Part shown: piece by piece, positions 45,674-54,100 of the stretch
Layout: each line of letters begins with the position of its first letter
Position numbering within the stretch: position 1 is the first letter of the stretch
Virus record (IMG/VR): IMGVR_UViG_3300050821_000642
Span: 1,879-65,878 of that record
Direction: 5' to 3' (one strand)
DNA: 64,000 nucleotides
Source of the DNA: a virus
Lineage: Duplodnaviria > Caudoviricetes
Program-made: the position numbers and the translations under genes
The notes under the pieces: generated by a model
The model's input: only the letters and a program-made list of their open reading frames with translations
What the model was told of the DNA's origin: nothing
The model's database searches: none

Positions 45674-46029
45674 TGGCGCAACCTCCGAGGCCCAACCCGT
45701 TGCACGGCGCGACCCACGTCGCGCCGCCCCCCGCACGATCCCCCGCAGCGCCGCTTACGGGCGCGCATGTTGCGGCAGCGACCGTGCCGCCCGAGCAACC
45801 GCCGCCGACGCGGGTGAACATCCACGGCATTCCGCCGAAGCCGAATATGGCCCCGCCTCCGAACGTGAACGACGAAATTGTCAACGAAGCGACCGAAGCG
45901 GAGATGGCGGCAGGCAAGGAGGCGTTGTCGGTATACGCCAAGCGCACCCAAGCTGAGCATGACTATGGAGCCAAGATGCTGGCTCGTCGCAACAAGGTTA
46001 CTCACGAGAGTGACAAGGAAGAGGAGTAA
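45673..46029 (+). CDS. Hypothetical Pro-rich protein
   Basis: TAATG coupling; AAGGA RBS. Confidence 0.55.
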   Translation: MAQPPRPNPLHGATHVAPPPARSPAAPLTGAHVAAATVPPEQPPPTRVNIHGIPPKPNMAPPPNVNDEIVNEATEAEMAAGKEALSVYAKRTQAEHDYGAKMLARRNKVTHESDKEEE

Positions 46030-46046
46030 CTCTAGTTCCGACGATC

Positions 46047-48341
46047 ATGGTAGCTGACTTCAGCGGCATGCTGCCGCTGCGCGATCCGATCCTCCTGCCG
46101 GATAACAACGCGCAGTTAGCGAATAACGCGTGGCTGTACCGGGGGCAGGTACGCGGCTTTCGAGCCGCTAATGCGGTGTACGATGGGGTCTACGACGACA
46201 CGCAACAGGTCTATCGGATACCGTTGAATACCGACAACCCGCCCGACTTTACTGACGCGGGGTCGCTGTGGCTGGAGCTTCCTGATCCGTTCATGACCAC
46301 CATCCGCAACCCTACAGTTGGCGACACTTACAACCGATACTATTTCTTTCCTAGCGACCAATACGACAGCACGGGCGTGAACCCGTCATGGCCAGTGACT
46401 TCGCCGGGGCCGGTCTACAATACCTTGGCGCGGCTGCAACTCGATCCGCCGTCGCCCAATTATATTCTCGGCATCCCCGCGCCGACCAACCCGACCACGG
46501 TCACCCCGCCGTCGTCTTCCATCGTGCTGAACACCACCGCGCCTACGCCGGTAGGCTCTGAACTCTTGCAATTCGCCGCCAACTCGCTGGGGGCTGTCAC
46601 GGTTGGTATGAACGTCGTTGACCTGACTGACCACCGGCTGACGGCGGCGGTGACATTGGCTTCGGCGCTGGGGTCAACGTTGCTGACCTTCTCTAGCACT
46701 GGCACCGCGCCGAACAACATCGTTGCGGGTATGACGTGCAAATGCACCTCTAATCCGGCAGTGGTGTTCCCCGGCACGACAGTATCGGTTGTCACGGCTA
46801 CCACGGTGACGGTCAGCATCGCGCTCATCGGCAATGTGGTCGCTGGCGACACGTTCCAGTTTGACAACGCCAACCAAATCGTCACTGGCTGCACGGTGGC
46901 GACTATCGCCAACGCGGCTGGACAGATCACGCTGAGCAACGCCGTGGTGGCGGGTGGCGTCAATACCGGCGACACCATTCAGTTTCTCACCAGCTTGCCT
47001 GAGACGCGCGCTTACGTCTATACTTACGTCAATGACTTTTCCGAGGAGGGCCAACCCTCGCCTGCGACGGTGGCGTCAGGCGACGGCAACGGGACGTGGA
47101 CGATAGTCATTCCGGCTCCCCCGGCTGGCTACAATACTGGGCGGGCGATGAACCCCGGTCACTATAGGTTGTATCGTACGGTCACCGACGCGTCTGGCAA
47201 CGCCACTTACTTTCAGGTTACCGAGGTGCCGATCAACCCGGTCGGGTCGGTGACCATCCACGATAGCGCATCCGACGCCAGCATCACCGGCAATAATATT
47301 CTCAGCACCATCGGCTTTGCTCCTCCCCCTGCCGGGTTGCAGGGCGTGGTGATGATGGCTAACGGCATTGCAGCCGGGTACACCAATGAGCGCGAAGTGT
47401 GGTTCTCGGCGGCTTACCTGCCGCATGCGTGGCCTCCTCAATATGCGTTGACAGTGGACTACCCCATTGTGGGTCTGACTGCCAACGGTACTTCGCTCAA
47501 CGTGATGACCGAGGGCAGTCCCTTTATTGCGACCGGCGTGACGCCTGACACGATGACGATAGGGAAGATTACCGCCAACGAGCCGTGTATCTCGCGTGGC
47601 TCTATCGTCAGTGCAGGCGAGGGCGCATACTACGCTTCGCCCAACGGCATCCAGCTTTTGAATACGGGCGGCACTGAGAACATCACCATCGGCATTTATG
47701 AGAAAGAGTTTCATTACTCGCTTCTTCCTCCCCAGTGGGCGGCGGGCAAGTACGGATCGAGTTACGCCAGCTTTATTAAAGGTCAGCCCATTCCTAGTGT
47801 CGATCTGTTGGGGTATCTGGGGTTCGTGCTGGACAACTCGGTGGCGAACGTACCCTTTACCTATTTGCGGCCTACCCCTCCCGGCATCGAGGTCATTAAC
47901 TGTTACTCTGATGAGTTATCGGGACAGCTTTTTGTCTTGGTTGAGGGTGGGGCGGTGATGCAATGGAACCCGCCACAAAGCACGCCGGGGGCGACGACGC
48001 TGCGAAGCTGGCAGTGGAAGACCAAGAAGTTTCGCTTTACTGCGCCGCAGCTATTCAAAGCGTTCATGGTGCTGTTTGAAGTTCCGCCCGAGGTGACGAT
48101 TACGCTTGGGGCGAGAAACACCGATCAGGGGCAGACCTTTGATCCTGCCACTCAGTACCTGATCATCCGGGTGTATGCAGACGGTAGACCCGTGGTGGTG
48201 CGAGAAATTCAGAAGTCGGGCGAGGTGCTGCTCATACCGGGCGACTTCAAGGCTGAGCTATGGGAATTTCAATTTGAGGGGCAGATTGGCCTGCGGTTCT
48301 TTAAGTGCGCTTCGTCGGTGAAAGAGTTGAAGGCTGCATAA
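46047..48341 (+). CDS. Tail stabilisation / nozzle-like protein
   Basis: FSG..P, ETRAYVYTYV...EEG.PSP, RLYRT, FS..YLPHAWP, YASPNG, W.TK.F. Confidence 0.75.
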   Translation: MVADFSGMLPLRDPILLPDNNAQLANNAWLYRGQVRGFRAANAVYDGVYDDTQQVYRIPLNTDNPPDFTDAGSLWLELPDPFMTTIRNPTVGDTYNRYYFFPSDQYDSTGVNPSWPVTSPGPVYNTLARLQLDPPSPNYILGIPAPTNPTTVTPPSSSIVLNTTAPTPVGSELLQFAANSLGAVTVGMNVVDLTDHRLTAAVTLASALGSTLLTFSSTGTAPNNIVAGMTCKCTSNPAVVFPGTTVSVVTATTVTVSIALIGNVVAGDTFQFDNANQIVTGCTVATIANAAGQITLSNAVVAGGVNTGDTIQFLTSLPETRAYVYTYVNDFSEEGQPSPATVASGDGNGTWTIVIPAPPAGYNTGRAMNPGHYRLYRTVTDASGNATYFQVTEVPINPVGSVTIHDSASDASITGNNILSTIGFAPPPAGLQGVVMMANGIAAGYTNEREVWFSAAYLPHAWPPQYALTVDYPIVGLTANGTSLNVMTEGSPFIATGVTPDTMTIGKITANEPCISRGSIVSAGEGAYYASPNGIQLLNTGGTENITIGIYEKEFHYSLLPPQWAAGKYGSSYASFIKGQPIPSVDLLGYLGFVLDNSVANVPFTYLRPTPPGIEVINCYSDELSGQLFVLVEGGAVMQWNPPQSTPGATTLRSWQWKTKKFRFTAPQLFKAFMVLFEVPPEVTITLGARNTDQGQTFDPATQYLIIRVYADGRPVVVREIQKSGEVLLIPGDFKAELWEFQFEGQIGLRFFKCASSVKELKAA

Positions 48342-48674
48342 ATGGCTGGCAAGAGCATCTACCCAAGCATTCCGTCGCCGGGCAATGACGCCCGGTCGAT
48401 GCGCGCCACGCTGGACGCGATCCAGCAGTCGATGACCATGATCATTATGAACGCGCAGTCGCCCAGCCCGAACTACACGCCGTCGTCGGCGGCGCAAATC
48501 TTCGTCACCAACGCGGGCCTGAGCACATTTGTCGCCAACCAGATCGCCATCAGTAAGCAGGCGGTCGGCACGGCGGGGAATGCTGCCGCCGCGCGAGCGG
48601 CATTGGCGAGCGCGCCAGCGCCGCAACCCGTAGTCCCTTCGACGCTGCAAGTTAAGACGACGAGGGTGTCATGA
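48342..48674 (+). CDS. Hypothetical virion protein
   Basis: Directly coupled to the upstream gene; PSIP motif. Confidence 0.55.
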   Translation: MAGKSIYPSIPSPGNDARSMRATLDAIQQSMTMIIMNAQSPSPNYTPSSAAQIFVTNAGLSTFVANQIAISKQAVGTAGNAAAARAALASAPAPQPVVPSTLQVKTTRVS

Positions 48675-49117
48675 TTACTTACACTAAATGTTGTGGCAGG
48701 TGTGGAGAGGTAAAGTCGGCAGATGATTTTGCTTATAACGCGCGTGCGTCAGATGGGTGTCAGTCGCGGTGTAAGCAGTGTGATAATAAGCTACATCGTG
48801 AGCGACGGTTGGCAAATCCGGAACACCATCGAAGGATTGTACGCCGGTCGAATTTTAAGCAACGGCATAAAATTACTGGTTTAGATGATTGGGTAGATAC
48901 GCAGTATGAGAAGCAACAGGGCGTGTGTGCTATGGTCGATTGTAACAAGCGGCTATCTGATGGTGGACGTGCGCTTTGTGTTGACCACAACCACGCGACA
49001 AATAAATTGCGTGGTTTGTTGTGCGTAGAGTGTAATCTAGCGTTAGATTGGTATGAACGTAACAAACATCGTCTTCCTGCTTTTGATACTTATTTGAAGG
49101 AGAATGACGATTATTAG
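48671..49117 (+). CDS. Endonuclease VII-family HNH endonuclease
   Basis: C..CGEVK...F...CK.C; Q.G.CA...VDHNHATNKLRGLLCVECN; AT-rich. Confidence 0.88.
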   Translation: MITYTKCCGRCGEVKSADDFAYNARASDGCQSRCKQCDNKLHRERRLANPEHHRRIVRRSNFKQRHKITGLDDWVDTQYEKQQGVCAMVDCNKRLSDGGRALCVDHNHATNKLRGLLCVECNLALDWYERNKHRLPAFDTYLKENDDY

Positions 49118-49625
49118 GATCGATGACGTTCATGCCATCCGGGCGATATCGGCGGCAGCGCATATGCAGTTCGTGCCGAAAATTCATCACTGCATCGCGT
49201 CCTACGACGAGAACGACAAGCTGTTGGGCGGCAACATCTACACCGACTATTGGGGCAATGGCGGCTCCTGTCAGGTGCATACCGCCTGCTTCAACAAGCA
49301 CTGGGCGTCGAAGGCGATGCTCTATTTGGCGTTCGACTATCCGTTCCGGCAGTTGATGGTGAAGAAGATGTTCGGGCTGGTGCCGGAACGCAACGTGGCG
49401 GCGCGCAACTTCGATCTGCGTTTAGGTTTCAAGATCGAGTATCTGGCCGAGGATGTGTTTAACCATCCAGACGGGGTCAATGGCATGTACTTAATGAGCA
49501 TGCGGGCCGACGAGTGTAAGTGGCTGAGCATGAAGATGCCGTATATTGAGTATGCGCCACGGGAGCGGACGAACGATATCAACCTGCCGCTGGCGACGAT
49601 GCAAACGGTCGGAGCGATGCAGTAA
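49104..49625 (+). CDS. GNAT-fold protein of podovirus tail module
   Basis: AFDYPF.QL...GLVPERN.AA..FDLRLGF..E. Confidence 0.75.
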   Translation: MTIIRIDDVHAIRAISAAAHMQFVPKIHHCIASYDENDKLLGGNIYTDYWGNGGSCQVHTACFNKHWASKAMLYLAFDYPFRQLMVKKMFGLVPERNVAARNFDLRLGFKIEYLAEDVFNHPDGVNGMYLMSMRADECKWLSMKMPYIEYAPRERTNDINLPLATMQTVGAMQ

Positions 49626-49643
49626 CTCACGAGAGTAACTAAG

Positions 49644-51122
49644 ATGGGCGGCGATAAAGGCAGCGCAGACAGTTCCGGTATGATGGAAGCGATGGCGTCT
49701 GCGCAAGCCGCGCAGGAGGCGTATGCGCTTGGCGAGCAGCAGCTTCAGTGGACGCAGCAGGTCTGGAACCAAGAGCAGCCGCTTGTCGATGCGTCCGAGC
49801 AGGCGCAGATCAATCTCGCTACCCAAGAAACCCAGTCGCTCACTCAATCTCAGGACGAGAGCGCCGCGCAATGGCAGGAGTACGAGAGTACCTTTCTGCC
49901 GCTGGAAACCCAGTTCGCAGGCCAAGCCGAGAACTGGGCTTCGCCAAGCGCCATTGCCGAGGCGCGTGGCCAAGCCATGTCCGACGTGGCCGAGCAGGGC
50001 ATGGCGGGGATCAACTCTGCTGCCGAGACGCTTAGAAGCTACGGGGTGAACCCGGCATCGGGCAAGTATGCTTCGCTTTACACCTCCGCGCAACCTATGC
50101 TGGGCGCTGCCGAAGCTGCCGCAGGCACGACCGCCGCACAAAACTTGCGCATGCAGCAAATGGGGCTGGAGGGTCAGGCGCTCAACACTGGCATGGGGCT
50201 GGCGAACTCGACGGCAGGGCTGACCCAAGCAGGCACAGGCGCGGCTGGCACCGCAGGCGGGCTGGCGTCTGGGGCGGCAGGGACAGCGCAGAGCAACTTA
50301 TCCACAGGCTCTACGGCTATGACCAACCCGACAGCGTGGTTCAACGCTGGCGCGAACAACATGAACAGCTATGTGAACGCTGTCAACGGGTACAATCAGA
50401 GCCAAGCCGAGTTCGCTCAAGCGGGCGCATCCGAGATGGCCGGGTTGGGCAGCGCGCTGGGAAGCGTGGTCGGCATGGGCTTCTTGGGCGCGCACATCGC
50501 CAAGGGCGGGCCGGTCACCCGCTTTGACGACGGCGGCAGCGTGGGCGACGGCTCCACTGGCATACCGCCAGCGCCGTCAGGCATGCCGGGCGGCATGGTC
50601 CGCATATCGCCCCCGCCAGCCCAACCCAACCCCGCCGCGACGATGGCGCGGCAAGCGCCGATGTTGATGCGCGCTGCCGGGGGCTATGACGACGGCGGGC
50701 CTGCCGATCCGCAGCTTACGCCTACACAGGGGGGCGGCGCGACCGGGATACCGCCCGCTCCCATTCCGCCCGCGCAATACCCGCCCGGCGCGTTGCCTTC
50801 TGACGCCACGCCCGGTGGCGGCGTGCCAGCCCACGCCAGCCCGTCCAATGGCGCGGTGACCGACGACGTTCCGGCGATGCTCACCGCCAACGAGTTTGTC
50901 ATCCCCAAGGACGTGGCGACGTGGAAAGGCCACGAGTACTTCGCCAAGCAGATCGACGCGGCGCGCAGGGGGCAGCAGCAGTTTGCCCAACGCGGCGATG
51001 TGGGCGGCGAACCCGCCGACGTTGCGCCTCAACAGCCAAGATTTGTATCCCGGCCCACTCATATGGCGACAACGCGGGGCGCGATCCCCGGTATGCCGCA
51101 GCAACAAATGATGCCCGCCTAA
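49644..51122 (+). CDS. Internal virion (ejection) protein
   Basis: Gln/Ala/Gly-rich, YGVNPASG, DDVPAMLTANEFVIP; position after GNAT. Confidence 0.7.
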   Translation: MGGDKGSADSSGMMEAMASAQAAQEAYALGEQQLQWTQQVWNQEQPLVDASEQAQINLATQETQSLTQSQDESAAQWQEYESTFLPLETQFAGQAENWASPSAIAEARGQAMSDVAEQGMAGINSAAETLRSYGVNPASGKYASLYTSAQPMLGAAEAAAGTTAAQNLRMQQMGLEGQALNTGMGLANSTAGLTQAGTGAAGTAGGLASGAAGTAQSNLSTGSTAMTNPTAWFNAGANNMNSYVNAVNGYNQSQAEFAQAGASEMAGLGSALGSVVGMGFLGAHIAKGGPVTRFDDGGSVGDGSTGIPPAPSGMPGGMVRISPPPAQPNPAATMARQAPMLMRAAGGYDDGGPADPQLTPTQGGGATGIPPAPIPPAQYPPGALPSDATPGGGVPAHASPSNGAVTDDVPAMLTANEFVIPKDVATWKGHEYFAKQIDAARRGQQQFAQRGDVGGEPADVAPQQPRFVSRPTHMATTRGAIPGMPQQQMMPA

Positions 51123-51140
51123 CCCACGAGAGTAACCCTG

Positions 51141-54100
51141 ATGGCAATGGGCAAACACTATGGATCGTTCGGCAAGGGCTTCGCTGACGCCCTGATTGCA
51201 ATGATCAAGCTGTCCTACATGCGTGACTACTACAAGTCGCGCCGCGACTATTACGAGTCGCGCGCCGCCGCTTATGGCCAGCCAAAGCCCGGCAGCAAGG
51301 CGGCGCTCGACGCCGAAGGCAATCGGATACGTCTTGACGCCGAGGGTCGCCCCCTGCCGGATACAGCCTATGGCGGCGGCAAGCAAGAGACGCCCGCAGC
51401 GGGCAAAGTGCCAATGGCCGATATGGTCAAGATGGCGGAAAAGGCCGGGTTCAAGGGTGACGACGCGGCGCACATGGCGGCGCTAGCGCAGGCTGAGAGC
51501 GGCGGCAATCCCGGCGCAGTTGGCAAGGCGGGCGAGATCGGCCTGACCCAGATCAATCCGCACGCGTGGCCTGCTGAGATGGTAAGCGCTGCGCGTGATC
51601 CGCAGGGTGCGTTTAACGCCGCTTACAAGGTGTATCAGCAACAGGGCTGGAAGGCGTGGTCAACCGATCCGTCGTCACCCAATTTTACTCCCGGCAATAA
51701 TGGGATGCGGTTTTTCGACGCGGCGCGGGGATACGTTACCGGGGAAAAGCCTACGACCAAGGTAGCGGCTACACCGGATACAGCTAAGCCAGTCAAGCCG
51801 GGAACGGAGAAGACCAAGGTCGGTGCAACGGGTGGGCCAGACGTAAAGGTTGGCGGTAAGACCTACCACACTGACGCCGATGGCCGTATTCTTGGCGATG
51901 ACGGCAAGCCGACGCAGGCGCAAGCTGGACCTTCTCCCGGCTCCTATCAGGTGGCGGGCGACAGCACTATTGCCTTGTCGCCGGAAGAGGCAGAGAGGGC
52001 GCGGGCGGACTTGGAAGCGCATCGAGTCGCGCCGAGCGACACGCGAAGCTTGGACAGCCCGATCAAGCAGCACCCCGAACGTACGGGTGGCGTCGATACA
52101 CAAAGTGCGCCCGATCCGGTTGCAGTGCCGGATGAAAGTTCAGAGCGACCACCGTCACTGACGCCGCCACCACCCGAACGCGGGCCGGAATTGGCGGGGC
52201 AACGACAGTGGAGTGAGGAAGACCAACCTGCGCTTCCTCCGGTGCCGTCACCGAGGCCGATCCAAGGTCCGCCCCAGCGCACGGGTGCGCCGCCGAACGT
52301 AGGGATTACGCCATCATCTGTGCCTGAGCCAGTATCGACGCAGAACACGGTGCGCCCCGAACCGCCTGTATCTGTGCCTGTGTCGCATACGCCAATTGGT
52401 GGCGGCGAAGGCAATAGGATGGAGGGGCCGAGGGGGACGTCAGTGGCGGACGCGCCGTCGCGCGCCGCGCAGCCGGTTAGCGCCACGCGGGCGATACCCA
52501 GCACGCCGGTTACCCCAGTGAGTAACCAACCCAGCGGCGGGCGGTTCGTGCCAATTGAGCGGCCCAATCTCGATCAGGCGGGTGGCGCGCAGGGGCGCAG
52601 CGGTGGCCCGCCGACGATGACGGCGCTCAATCTGGGTAGCCTGTTTGGTCCGAACCCGCCCCTCTCACAACGTGGCGGGGGTGGGGGCGGGGGCGGGCAG
52701 GCTGCGCCTTCGTCGCCGCCACAGGGGCAAATTCTGTCGCCACCGGGGGGAGGGCCGACGCCTTACCCCGGCCCGACGATGAACCCATCTGGCAATATCG
52801 TTTTGTCGGAAGGGCAGGGCGCACGCGGCGGGCAATCGGTGCCTGCTCCCATGCCGCCTATTCGTCCTGACGATCTGGATGTTGCCACGGCGTCACGCAA
52901 GGGCGGGCCGATCCAGCGCTTTAATCGGGGTGGTATCCCTACCCGTCCGACGATAGGGTTAGCGGCAGGCGGGGATGCGCCTGCGTCTTCGCAATACCCA
53001 TCCTATACGCCAAAGGCCGCAGCGGCTCAGCCGGGGCTGCAAGGCAATGTACTGGCGGCGGACGAGTATATGACCGGCTTGCCCGGCATGACGGCAGTCG
53101 ATCTGCACAACCCCAACTCAATGTACTATACCTCTTATGGTCCGGGGCAAGGCGGGATCGGCGGGCAGACTTTGACTACTGATTGGTCACGGATGACCCC
53201 GGATCAAAAGGCGCAATATGCCGCAATGACGGCTGGCACATGGCAACCGCCAGCGGCAACCCCCGCTCCGACGCCTGCACCTGCCCCCGCCACGCCGACT
53301 GTAATCAATCCGCCATCGGTGCAGAACATCACCAACATGCCTGCGGCGACGACGATCACTGACCCGACCACGACGACCACCACGGGTACGCCGGGAGTAC
53401 CCAACGCCATCCAAGCCAAGAGCTACGATCCAAACGTGGACGCCACCACTGGGGCCGGGTTTGCCAACACCTCTAACACAGGTGGAACGAACTACAGCGT
53501 TGGCACCGACGACAAGCTTAACCAGACTACCCCCGGTACGATATCCGGCACGGGCGACGGTACGATCTTGTCGCGTGGGGGAGGCCCGATCCCACGCCGC
53601 CAAGCTTTTGCCCGAGGCGGCATTCCCTCGCGTCCGACGCTGCGGCTTCAGGCAGGCGGCAACGCCGCCATAGCGGCGATGAACAGCCCCAGTTACATTG
53701 GCCCCACGCTACAGGGCGGTTGGCAAGGCACGCCCGAGAGCCAGCTTGCGCCGAACCAGCAGGCATGGGCCAATACCGAACAGGGTATTCTCGCGCAAGA
53801 GCTTAGCGCCGCGCATAAAGACGCTGCCTATTGGGGCGCGGGCGGGACGAACCCGACCGGCGGCAACGATACGATGCAGTATTGGAACCAGTTGACCACC
53901 ATGCCAGCCGCCGTGTGGCCAACTACGACAACCACGCCGACACCGATTGCCGAGCCTGCGCCTACGGTACAGAACGTCGTCAATCAGGGTCAGCCCATCG
54001 TTGATATCGCCACCATCGATCCCACGGCGACCACCACCACGGGTGCGCCCGGCATCCCGAACGCGATCCAAGCGAAGAGCTACGACCCGAACGTGGACGC

